This document shows, piece by piece, positions 31,101-44,860 of a stretch of 64,000 nucleotides of DNA; position 1 is the first letter of the stretch; every line of letters begins with the position of its first letter. The notes beneath the pieces are model-generated. The model did not search any database. It saw only the letters and a list, made by a program, of their open reading frames with translations, and was not told the DNA's origin. Source of the stretch: Macrostomum lignano (taxonomy: Eukaryota); the NCBI GenBank assembly GCA_002269645.1, contig NIVC01000445.1, forward strand, positions 310,001-374,000, in the 5' to 3' direction. A program made the translations under genes and the position numbers.

Positions 31101-32791
31101 TCATCAAACGAAACTCACTTTTCTGGACTCGGTGTCGACGGATTTGCGAGCAGACTGATGATTTTCACCAGGCGATGCGGCTTCTTCGATTTCGCAGTGG
31201 CTTTTTGCGACGGTGTTTTTTTAGTTTTTATTTTAGGCTTGGCGTCCTTTTTTGCGGGTCATCATATCTTGGTTGTAGATTACAGTTTTTGGCACAATAA
31301 ATTTATATATGGATGAAACTTGGAGTAATGATTAACATTAGACCTATTAAGTATAAAAAACCGTTCTAATTTATACAATTGCAATCCTTTAGAGTTGTAT
31401 AGTATGGATTATAAGTACTTTCTTTTAAACTGTCTGTGTCTGGTCTCACTACGCCATGGTTTACGTGGACCACCCGCTTAGACATTATATATCCCTCTCT
31501 CCACTGTCTTACCTTCAGAACGCTTGCGGGTTTCCTATTGGCTGCGGTCGGTCCCATTGTTGGGGTGGATCTATCCTCCTAAGTGTTAACCAGCCAATTA
31601 TAGAAAGGGAGGTCTGTCTGTCTGTCTGTTCCAACCCTATACTCCTGCACATGTGTTTACGTGGACCAAACAGACAGTGAGTGTTAGGCTGACTGTTAAT
31701 GCGTTCTTAGTTTTACTGGGACCGCAATCAAGTCGACCTTTTGCTAGAGAGTCAGAGACCCAATCGCTAGCTAAAAGGCCCTTCTTAATTGCGTCCTCTT
31801 GATCAAATCTTTTGCATGTACATGTATGAATTGTCCTTTTCAATTAGGTAAATTGCATCTTCAACTTTGCACTTGAAAGGCTGCAGCTTAGGATCTTCTT
31901 CTTCCAACATTGGAGGAGGATAGAACAGGATATCCCATAGTGTTTAGGATAGAATTGGCAAGCACTTAATTCATGAAGTTGCTATTTTCTTCTTGTGTAA
32001 TGGTAGAGCCTCAGAAATTCGCATTTACACAGTGTGGCTATCAAGGACCACTGGGAGTTCTTGAGAAGTCATTGAAGAATACTATTTAGGCTTCACTTAA
32101 ATATCTTTCTTGTCTCGGAGTCTTTATCGTTTGATCTGGTTAGCGAATTGGATTTCTTTACGTTGGTGTCTTACTCTGTGAGTCTGTGCTCAGAGTACGA
32201 TACCGAAATTGCTGGAACTGAGCTAATTAAATGGAGTTTAAAGTTTACTGTATCAAATTCATTTCGCATACGAGGTTTCAGAATTTAACCTGCGTACCTA
32301 CTTGAATGTCAAAGATGTTGAACGCATATTGTTTTAAAGCCAGTGGCGGTCATAATATGATGTTAACATAGCCATTTGTTCGTAAGGTAATGATCTGTAA
32401 AAAATTCAGTTTTGCATCGAATCTATGCTTAATAACTGCTATACACAAACAGACACAAACAGACACAAACAGACACAAACAGACGATTTTCGAAAAATTT
32501 TCTAAAATTTTTCGGTTTACGTGGACCAGACTCGCTCAGTTTAGGTAGACCAGGCTGGAGGTCCAGCTAAACTGAAATGCAAATAACTTTGGAAAAAACC
32601 ATGCTAGACATCCCAAAATTGCTTAAGCCTTTCTTGACCCGCCTGACATTAATGTGAGATCCTCATCAACGTCTTAACCCCACCAGAGACAAAATTATTT
32701 GGTGGTCCACCTAAGTGGTCTACCTACACCGGGTGGTCCAGCTAACGAGGCTACTAAACTTCCAAAAAGTCCACGTAAACACACAGACAGT
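25132..32791. mobile_element. Putative non-autonomous DNA element (Helentron/DINE-like or foldback type) bounded by 16-bp inverted repeats and carrying an internal satellite
   Basis: ACTGTCTGTGTGTTTA at 25132-25147 and its exact reverse complement TAAACACACAGACAGT at 32776-32791; (CAGA)n on both sides; GTTTACGTGGACCA-type motifs repeated near both ends. No TSD or transposase identified. Confidence 0.45.
26200..31055. repeat. Complex satellite of ~238-bp long monomers interspersed with ~68-bp short monomers; higher-order organisation
   Basis: Monomer head AAACAGACAGAGAAATCTGTTCGAGTTGTGTCTGTAGGTTAGGTGGACCA recurs at ~238-bp spacing; pairs of short units start at ~26506, 26883, 27970, 29060 and 30625. 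Confidence 0.95.
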
Positions 32792-32794
32792 AGA

Positions 32795-32912
<118 letters not shown>

Positions 32913-33354
32913 AGTATGCGCTAAGCACTATAAAAGGACAGAAATACAAGCTAAATACTGACTCCGTACCTGCGCATTTTACTGAGACAGGGTTCCTTAA
33001 TCAAGCAGTAATCACTGGTACTGAGCAATCCTCCCACAACTCCGGCCTTTATCACTTGCGAATTCCGGCAAATTGTCCCCCACTTTAGTTCCTGGTGATT
33101 TCCCTCGGGAATCTCATTGTCGACCAGTCAAGCTGCTGTTAAGTAAACTCGGAGGAAGGTCCCAAGGAAACAAAGGAGACTGCTAGTCAAGCTAGTTGAA
33201 CTTATAAAAGCCTGAGCGACTAAGTTGGGAGGTAGCGCCTCTACGAGCGCATTGTTGAGTAAAAATCATTAAGAAAGTAATCAGTCTGTGAAAAGCACCT
33301 CTAAAATGGAAACAGAATTCTTTGGAATACTTCTGAAATATTGAGCTGTAGATC

Positions 33355-33427
33355 TGTGTGTGAAAGTGTGTGAAAGTGTGTGAAAGTGTGTGAAAGTGTG
33401 TGAAAGTGTGTGAAAGTGTGTGAAAGT
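33355..33427. repeat. 10-bp repeat (GTGTGAAAGT)n, ~7 copies
   Basis: Direct observation. Confidence 0.9.
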
Positions 33428-34345
33428 CGGGAAACCCGCATCGCACAGTGACAGGCAATAAGTGCGTGACATTGGGCACGTTTAACTCAGAGAGTGCAGC
33501 TTCCGCATGCCGTCAGTAAGCGGGAGAGCGAGAGAGATGCTTGTTGTCAACGAGAGAAGGATATCGCGAGGAACTTGAGAAATCGCACTTGAGTTGAGGA
33601 TGTCTAAACCAGGCGAGCATATGTAGAAGTGCAGGAAGGCAGTGCTCAGGAGCCTGTCTTGAGCCTGTCGAATTTCCGTACACTTTATTCCGTACACATA
33701 TTCCGTACACACGTACACACATATATAATATTAAGAGCACTCTATCTTCAAGGAAAGGAGATGGAAGGAAAAGTGACTCAAGTGTACTCTTAACCAATTG
33801 AGCACTGAGGTGTATAAGCACCTATTGAAACAGACATCAGCTCGTGTTTAGAAATCACTAAGTTAGGTTTTATAGCTCAGAAGTTTTTGATACGAAGGGC
33901 CTGTGTCTCTAAGAATGTACTGATTCACAACAACAAAATACGCTGTCAAAAATGTCCTGAGTAACAGATTACAGCTACAGTTCATGAAGCATCGCTACTG
34001 GCTAAATCGGGTGCGCCCGGCGTCAGCCAGTAGGCAGAAACACGGCTTCTCATGTATCGTTTTTGCTTCTGAGAAAATGCCGCTCCTAATAAGGCCTTGG
34101 GGCTGATGTCGGTTAGTGGTGACAAGAAAAATTACCGCGGGTGGGGGGAACTGGTCAAGGAGTATCCTGCAGCTGGGAGGCAGAGTCCAGCGAAGTGCAG
34201 TTGCACTCCCCTCGTAATTGGACGTCATGCATTGGGCTGACAGGAGGAGAGGGGAAAGACTAACAGCTTCTTGTCTGCAATTTTATACTATGATCGTATA
34301 ATATTTATTGCCAGCTTACAAGCAAACTTCCTGACCTAGTCTAGA

Positions 34346-34961
<616 letters not shown>

Positions 34962-35327
34962 TCTACCTGGGAATAAACAGGGAACCGGGAGCTCGAGTAG
35001 GAGCCCGCTCGGGGGCGGGGGAGGGGAGGAGGGGGAAGAAGCTGGGACTACACCATCGACTATGATGAAGCATAGTATCACAGCGGCAGCTCGGATGCTT
35101 GTGAAAGGAGAGAGAGGAGTGAGATACTGCCGCTGGAGTTGCTGCCAAGGGTATGCGGGGATAAGTGAATTGGGCGCAGCCGACGATCAAGATTATGGGA
35201 TTAGTGGAATAGGATTGGGTGGCTTTGAAGCCAGGGGACCGCGACGCTACAGACCTCTGCTGCTCTCCTGTCTCAGCTTTTCTCATCGTTTCGATTTACT
35301 TTACCTCCTTACCGCTATCACATCTTT

Positions 35328-36821
<1,494 letters not shown>

Positions 36822-38584
36822 GTGGCAGCATAAGAGCTGGGCAGTGCTGAAGGCAGGGCAGTCAGTCGCTCATCTGTGGCCGGCAAACTTGGAGGAGATA
36901 AATGACCCGAGGGGAGGAGACGGCCGGAGAGGCTGGGGGGACTCAGCTGTCCTGATTTAATCAGCGAGCCGCTCTCTCCTCTTCGAAGTTCGCCCGCCTC
37001 TTGCAGAGAAAGAGGCTGAAAGGCCGAAGGGAGGGCAGGCGGCTGCTGGGCTAAGGCAGCTCCTCTATATAAAGTCTCCAATGCCCGATAGATCCCCATC
37101 GCTGAGGCAATCCCTTCTTCATTCTTGAATGCCCTGTCGCAGCCCACAGGTTTGGGGAGGGGGGGTTGACTGGGAAGGCTTTTTCGAAGTCCAGACTGAT
37201 GAGGCTTCCACAGCCGGCTCCCATGGTTGCTCGTTAGAAAAGGTGCAGGGACGAGCATCCATGGTTTGTCGGGGACTCCCTTGCACGAGGAGATCATTAG
37301 CAGTGGGCGCTCCATCTCCCTTCTCTCTCTCACCCCTCCTCTCCTGCTTTTCAATTCGGAGCCCACTGGCTGAGTCCCCCCGGTGTCAATCAAATCCACG
37401 CTGCGAGTTGCCTGTAAAATTTTCTTGCTTCATAGCCACAGAGTCTTTTCAGTTGCCGTCTGAGCTGTCCAGGTTGGGAAAATCTGCGGAAAAAAATACG
37501 TAGACTCACTCCGGCTTTCTTAATCAAGGAGGGTTCATTCAACAAACTGAATATGCGTTCATGTGGGCTTTGGTTTGCATTCGGGTGGCACCGGAGTGTC
37601 TTTAGAGTGACGCAGGAGTGGCCGGGGGTTGTCGTGCGATTCACAGCCCAGGAGGGCCAACCCCCAAGGCGCAGATAGTGTACATGCCCGACGATTAGAC
37701 AGTCAGGACCGGACCTGCTACAGGCCGGATCACTGCCCTGACTATCACAGTGAACGAGCCGAAGATGGCGTCAAGTCAACTGGCCGGTCTGACTTCGGAC
37801 TCTGGGCGGGGGATCGCGTCAGGAGACTTAATCAGCCCGTCCCTATAGCACAGATTAATTCCCGCCAGTCCCTCAAATAAGAAAGACTCGCGACTCACTC
37901 TGTTTCTTCGGGTAACAGTGGTGGCGGCAGCAGGGGTGACTTCTCTCAATGTTCTCTCTTCAGTCTATAGAATAGACAGGTATCTAGATTGCAGTATTAG
38001 ACTTATGGCTGTGACTTGCACAATTCAACCAAAAAGATGCCTTCCCTACCGCCGCTCCTGCACACATTTATATTTACGCTAGCTGGTTAAGCCCGGGGTT
38101 AAGCCCCAGGCCCAGCTAGCCAAAATTACGATCGTCTTATAAAAGTTACAAAGTCGGGGTCGCGATTGGAGGGGTGAAAGAATACAAACCGATTGGCTGG
38201 ACCACCAGCCAATCGCAGGGCGAGCGAGGGGGCGCACTGGAGCCGCAGCCAGCCAAAACCGGCTGACCTACCAGACAGTGGGGTGGGTGCAACTGGGGGG
38301 GGGAGGGTGGGGGTACACAGAATGGGGGGGGGGGTAAGACGCAAACAGAATTGGGGGTGTTGGCGCAGGCACGCTGCCGGGAGGGGTGGGAGTGCAGAGC
38401 CAGACACACTTTGACCGAGAGCCAGAGATTGCTCATCGGTGCAAGTGCACCCGGGCACAACATTATTACTATCAGATTAAGTTATGTTATACCTCTTCGA
38501 CACAAAATCTTGAATTTTGAAAAATGAATTTCCCGCGTAGTAATTTAGCGTGGCTTTGGAATTTCTGCAGTGTTTTTCTAATTG

Positions 38585-39185
38585 AAGCTTTGGTCCCGAT
38601 AAGCCGAGCCTTAAACTTGGTCAGGACGAAATCCAATACTTCGACTCTGCAGCCTTCTTAGGTGTCATTCTAGTTACGGAACTTAGCTTTAAACAACTAT
38701 TTCCAAGTCAAGCTCTATGCCATGAGGAGGATCGCTAGGAACACCAGGATCACCCATCTACAGGTCTTACATTGAGAGTGGTATGACCTATGGTGCGCCT
38801 ATTCTCATCGATGCTTCGGACACGCTCCTCCAAAAATTCCAGGTACGAGCGTACTCCAAAACCAGGCGCTAAGATCTCCCTTGATGTGCCTGCTTACACA
38901 GAAACTAGTTGTACCTTCATGAACTCACCAAGATTCCCAAGTTCAAAGAGAGAATCTGGAACCTGGGTAGAAGGCAGCGAACTTGAAAAAATAAAACCAG
39001 AAGACTCTAAATAGAGTACCCCATACTCAACAAATACTACAAGCCATAAATTAACATAAACGCTCAAAACAAACCCAATGCTGAGACAGTTATTGAGGTA
39101 GAAATTGGTAAACTAGCGCCAGACATTTCATAACAGCCCTACCCGCTCAGACTCTTAATATTAATAAATAATAATAGTCTTAATA
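38585..39185 (+). mobile_element. Decayed 3' fragment of a non-LTR retrotransposon (Jockey/I-group-like RT C-terminal region)
   Basis: Frameshifted translation: PSLKLGQDEIQYFDSAAFLGVILVTELSFKQ ... IYRSYIESGMTYGAPILIDASDTLLQKFQV ... LQNQALR ... LHELTKIPKFKERI. This matches the LINE pattern (K)YLGVxLDxxLxF...LYKSxIRPxLxYGxxxW...KLQxxQNxxLR. It ends near a TAA/TAAA-rich tract at ~39160-39190. Confidence 0.7.
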
Positions 39186-39300
39186 AATACAGCATTGGCG
39201 GAGAGTGTCTGACACTTACGAGGCAGAGGTTTCTGCTTTTATTCTGCTTTCTCATATCTTTGCCAGCACTTTTTCTGACAGTCCGATGGAGTCTGCGGGT

Positions 39301-39303
<3 letters not shown>

Positions 39304-39364
<61 letters not shown>
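39304..39364. repeat. (GA)n microsatellite
   Basis: Direct observation. Confidence 0.95.
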
Positions 39365-39365
<1 letters not shown>

Positions 39366-39682
39366 AGCTACTAAGGTGAAGAAATATCAGTGGAGCTTAT
39401 TGTTCCCCCCCATCCCACCCTCCCCAGTCGCGTTGCCAAGTGCGCGCGCCAGCTCGGCTCTCTATTATGCTTGAAGCAGAATCCCTGCATGGGCCGAGAC
39501 GTCTTCTCTGTGAGCTTCTGCAGTTTAATGTACACTCAGCTAGCTAAAAGCGCCGCGAGACTTAGTTGAAGGGAGAGCGCAGCCCAGATATATCAAGTCC
39601 GCTGACAGAAGCGCAGCGACTATAAATCAAAGCAGGAGGCGTCGGAGAATTGCTTGACAATTGTCAATCTAGCTAGCTGACA

Positions 39683-40561
39683 ATGTGCGCAGCAGTGGCC
39701 AGTCACGCGGTCGGCTCCTATCCCTATCCACAGGCGATCCTGTCCCAGGTGACCCAGCCGCTCCCTGTCGGGTCGCCGGCGCCGGGCCGACCGTGCCGCA
39801 ACGCCACTCACATGCGTTCCGCCGACGGTCAGGCGGCAGTGTACACACTGGATGGTCCGCTGCGGTCTCGGGTGCCTTTGGAGGCTGGCTTCCCTTCTGT
39901 CCGGCTGCGCCTGCGGCCGCTGCACGCCACCACGGCGTCCACTTGGACGGCCCGACGCGACGACCAGCTGGCGGCTTACTTCAGCGAGGCCGCCGGCCGC
40001 TACCGGGTTCATCCGGGCGCCGGCCGCTGGGCCAGCAGGACCGGTGAAATTGCCACTGCGAACGGTGCGCCGGCTTCTTCCTTCTTTCCTGACGATCCCG
40101 CAGTGCCCCGACGCCGGCCCCTGACTGTGGGCGTGGGAAATCGGAAGAACCTCTGCTCCAGCAGCCGAGGCGTGGTCTTCGCTGCGTGCACCAACGCTGA
40201 GCCGGTCGACGCCTCGGTGGCCACGGAGTCGCGCGACTGCTACCGTCGCCGCGAAGCCGCCGGCAGCGCCTCGTCAACGGAAGAGGAGCGCCAGAGTCGG
40301 CTGGAGGTGCAGCGGCATCGGGAGCGGATGCGCGAATCGGCGCAAGTTGCCGACCTGCTGGCGCCGGCCGGAGCTGCTGGCGGCGACTCCCGCAGCCGGT
40401 TCTGGTCGGAGAGCGCCCGGGTTAACGCCAGCGTCGGTGAAAGTTCCCCAATGCGCCGCTGCAGCACCGCTCCGGCCGAGACTTCATTTCGGCGAGTGTC
40501 TGGCAACCGGGTGCTGTCCCGTCTGCGAGACCAGTGCGCCCACATGCCTGTCATTTCGTGA
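39683..40561 (+). CDS. Intronless hypothetical protein, 292 aa, no recognised domain
   Basis: Non-repetitive GC-rich ORF in AT-richer surroundings; ACAATG start context; TATAAAT at 39621 about 60 bp upstream; composition similar to the other exons in the window. No homology recognised. Confidence 0.55.
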   Translation: MCAAVASHAVGSYPYPQAILSQVTQPLPVGSPAPGRPCRNATHMRSADGQAAVYTLDGPLRSRVPLEAGFPSVRLRLRPLHATTASTWTARRDDQLAAYFSEAAGRYRVHPGAGRWASRTGEIATANGAPASSFFPDDPAVPRRRPLTVGVGNRKNLCSSSRGVVFAACTNAEPVDASVATESRDCYRRREAAGSASSTEEERQSRLEVQRHRERMRESAQVADLLAPAGAAGGDSRSRFWSESARVNASVGESSPMRRCSTAPAETSFRRVSGNRVLSRLRDQCAHMPVIS

Positions 40562-43128
40562 TTCAATCCTGCTCAATCACTGATGCATCTCTGTGTCAAA
40601 TTATGTCTATTGTAATTCAGGACAGCGCCTGACAAGCGAGTCAGATTTTTGTCAAAAGGGGCTGTCAAAAATTAGACTGCAGGACCGAATGTCTGCAATA
40701 TCAATATAGTGTGTCAGACAAATCCACTATAAGGTTCTTGCAGAGACCGATTTAACAACAGATCGACTCAAAGGCCCTGAAAAGTAAAATTATGCTCAGT
40801 CAAGGGAATCCAAGAGAAACCCTGAGCTCAAAAACATTAATTGATGCGTGCTACGCGTATATTGAATAGTTTGCAAAACTGGCATATCCTTAAAGGATTA
40901 GTGAGCAGGAAAAAAACTATTGTAAACTATAAAACATATTGTAATCTTCATATTTGAATTTATTTGGCAATGCAAGTGCTATTGGAAAAAAACAATACTA
41001 AAAACACTGGTGCATTTTTGTGTGTTCTCTTTTTCAGTTTCGAAAAAATGGTATAACTATAGCTAGGCTCACTTCGGGATGACTGATGAGTAAGGGAAGG
41101 AGCGTTGATGAGCTTTGACCACTTGCAGGCATTGGCCTATCAAAATCAATTCTCTTATAAATTACATGCTTAGCTATACACGAAGCTAAATTTTTCAAAC
41201 AGAGAAAAGTGCAAATAAAATCTTTAAAGACAAGCTCGCTTCCTGTAAATAATCAGCCATTAGCTTGCGTATCCCAGCATTATAGATTGGGTTGCAGATT
41301 TTCCAGAGTTGATCTCAAATTGCGGGCATGCTCCACTGCAGTAGATCAAAGATTTAAGTAGATCAAGGGGATGCAAAAACACATTAATCACCCGCAAGGA
41401 AGCATAAGACAGGACTGCATGCGAGCAATGTTAGCCATTCGATCCCAAAAAGAATTCTTTTTGAGCCTAGAATGGATTTAAATAATCTGCTAAAGAAAAG
41501 GCAAGGTCCTGCATTCTCGCAATAAATTTAACGCCGAAAACTGAACCCCAACTAGAATGCATGGTAGCTATTAATATTATTCTCGAAAAAGAGACTTCAA
41601 CTTTCTAAAAAGTAGGAATCGCTGATTATGTGCCTACTCACAGTAGTATCGATAATTTTTATTTTTAAAGCAACACGATCAATAATTGGCATCGAATTTT
41701 ATGCCAAACTGAGTTTATCAATCCGAGCCTCCATTTTTGTAAAGTACCTGCTATCACAAGTACATTAACTAATGCAATGAAGCCTAACAGGTGAAGTGAC
41801 ACCGTGAAATAAAAATAAAAAACTACAAAAGTACGAGCTTTTACTCGTACTATGTCTATACCACAGGTACTATAAACACTGTTTATTAGTATCTGTGGTC
41901 TATAGTATCTGTGTTTATAGTATCTGTGGTCTATACTACGTAACTATACGCAAATATCCGCGGACTATATTGTCCGCCGATTATACGCGGACTACTTTCT
42001 ACTTGTACAAAAATGGCTTATAGACTTAGAGAGCTGACTAACAAAAAATGGCAACCGATTGGTCAACGAAAATGGGGAGGGTAGCTACAAGATCGAGTTG
42101 GATCAATCTGGCCTTTAAAAATAAATACATGCAGCTAGAGCTTCGTGACTCGCAGCACGCCTCTGCAACTGCATTGAACTGTGACCGGCGGCCTCCTGCT
42201 GATGGTGTTCAACGCTTAGTGTGCATCTACATGAATTGTTGTTCTTTGTCTACATGAACTGGACAACGTGTTTGAGACGTTTTCAAGAGACAGTTTTCCG
42301 AAAAAAAAATCGAAAGCAATTATATTATGGTGTATCACATCTACATGCATGTATAAATCATCTAACCCTTATCCTAAATGATAAATATGTTGATTATGAT
42401 TTTAGCCCTCGTAAAGTTTTTGTCATTTTAGGAAGAAATCAAAACTGTGAATTTATCTTTTTAGAAATTGTGTACTTTGCAAAATTACTGCTTCCAGGAC
42501 CGGATAGGATAACATTCAGAATCGCTACTATAGTGCAACCAGGCTGACTTCTTCGGTTAAAAAACCCCTCCAAAAAGGGAAGGGGAAAAAGTGAATCTTT
42601 GCCACAATACAGGCCCTAATCCATCCCTATCGTGAAGTCTGGCATTGGTGGATGGATGTATTATAGAATTTCTTGCTTCGTGGCTGATTCAATGTGTTCG
42701 GAATTTCGACGGAATTAATAAATTTATAACGACGTATACTCGTAGTAGCTAATTAGGCTTGGTTCGTTCGTTCGTCCTACTTTACTTTTAATCGTTTAAT
42801 AAAAAAATTACATGGCTGTAACTGTAGAGTGTAGACTGTATACCTAGGTCTTTAAGTTAGTTGCTTCAATTTAGTTAGTTAGGCCTAAAATTATTTGTCT
42901 TAAGGTTTTATACCATTATTGTTATAGGGGCCTAGCTACTAGCTAGAAGAATATCTTTTATTTGAAAATATGCAGTTTTAGGCCTACTTAGAGCAGCCAG
43001 CTGCCAGCTCTACTCGAAAGGTTTACATAATTAGTTAGATTTTTCGCCCTATTTGGCCCTGATTTTTTATTTTTGATACTGCCTTCTAACAAATTTCTAC
43101 TAGGCCTAGGCCCTAATCTACTTAAGCC

Positions 43129-43909
43129 TAGGGTTCCCAATCCCGGGATCCCAGCTTTTTGTTAGTGTTTGGGATCCCAGGATTAGCAATTAGGGGTCCA
43201 GGATCCCAGTAAACACAGGATTGGAATTTACACTTTGCAGAAGTGAATATTTTTCATCTTGCAGTTGCTGTTAGCACTTAACTTAACAGTTTTGAGAGAA
43301 ATTTTGTATCCTGAGAATAAAGTTATAGAATGAAGGACAGGTAGGACTATCAATCAACTGTATCAAGCACTAGGCCCTACTAGTCACTAGACTAAGGCCT
43401 AAGGGGTCTAACTCTAGTCTAGACTCTAACTGTCTAAGTGGCAATGGCCTGGACACTGGGCCCACTGGCCTGGGCCCTGCCGCAGTGCGTAGGCCATAGG
43501 CGCAGCTAAGGAAGGGAAAGGGAAAATGGAGGTGGGGTGTGGACTGGGTTCTGAGTCTGAGTGTGTGTGAGGTAGTCTGTATTGGGGGCAGAAAGAGGCA
43601 CCAGCGCAGCATATATGGTCCTAGGATCTAAGAGGAAAAGGTGTAGTTTAGTAATAGTATGTATGTACAACTAATAACTACATATAACTTCAACTATTTT
43701 ATCAATGCAGTTCTACTTGTATAGGCTAGAAATAAAAAGTAGAAACCCAAATAATGCTCAATTTGGTTGAGAAATTGTTTTGTGGACAATGGGAAAGCTT
43801 CCCATAAATTTGTTTGTTCAATCCTGGGATTGGCCTGGGATCTTGGGATTGGGTCAATTTTTTGTCCAGGATCCTGGGATTGTAAAATTTCTGGGATTTG
43901 AGACCCCTA
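43129..43909. mobile_element. hAT-superfamily MITE, 781 bp
   Basis: Imperfect TIRs TAGGGTTCCCAATCCCGG... / ...CTGGGATTTGAGACCCCTA; multiple subterminal GGGAT(C)CC repeats at both ends; 8-bp flanking duplication CTTAAGCC (43121-43128) / CTTAGGCC (43910-43917) with one mismatch. Confidence 0.8.
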
Positions 43910-44193
43910 CTTAGGCCTAATTTAATACTATAATTCTTATTTTAAAAAATCTGCTTAGGACCTAGGCCTAATATCTGGATCTGATCTAATATCCTAGATT
44001 ATATTTAATATTTACAATTGGCTAGACCTAAGGCTGAATAAGCTTGAATTAGGGCTAGAATTATCTAAATTCTTTAGACTTAAATGTAAGGCCTATTTCT
44101 AAAGAACTAGGCCTATTTTTGATCATTTAAATAAATATTTATTTATATTTACATAATTTAATATGGCTCCAAAATTATTTTTGAAACTCTATA

Positions 44194-44860
44194 GGATATG
44201 CAGTCATTTTGTCTGCTGCCTTTTTGTCTGCTGGTAGACAAAATGACTTTTTAAAAAGAAAAATTAAAATATCACTATGTAAATCATAAAGCTATTTTTT
44301 ATTATAAGATATTGCAAGTCATGTAAAGAGTTATTATATGATATCTATTTGCATGTGTAATATTGTTAATACAATATTTCAAAGATATATTATATTTAAT
44401 TTAAACGTCCATTGAAAAAAAAACTTTTGTGATAGTCAGTTAGAGTCATTAGTGAATTAGAAGATAGAGTAGTTTGTAGTTAAATATGATTGTGAGCATT
44501 CTTATGATCCGTGGCCCTATTTCAATCCAATGATAATAGTGCATTTGTTGTCTTATTGCAAATTTTATTTAAACTTAACTTCAAATTATATAAACTTACA
44601 AACTTACATATATATAAATACTTATAAACTTATATATATAAATCAAGTCAAACTTTGGTGGGTCTTAAAATAATATTTGTAGATATACTTGCACTTTTTA
44701 AAAATGAGTTCATTATCTTTACTTTTAAGTTTTTTTAAAGATATACAGTCTTGATTTCCATGATTAGACTGACATTGTACTCAATATTTTGTTGGTAGAC
44801 AAAATGATTGTATTGTAATTTTGTAGACAAAAGAGTGACAGACAAAATGACCGCCAACCC
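44194..44860. mobile_element. Probable MITE with ~22-bp imperfect TIRs
   Basis: Left GGATATGCAGTCATTTTGTCTG; right reverse complement GGGTTGGCGGTCATTTTGTCTG; repeated AGACAAAATGA subterminal motifs; AT-rich interior. TSD not resolved. Confidence 0.55.

Noticed and set aside
41070-41130. TGATGA motifs suggesting a C/D snoRNA
   Set aside because: No properly placed D box, terminal stem or recognisable rRNA guide.
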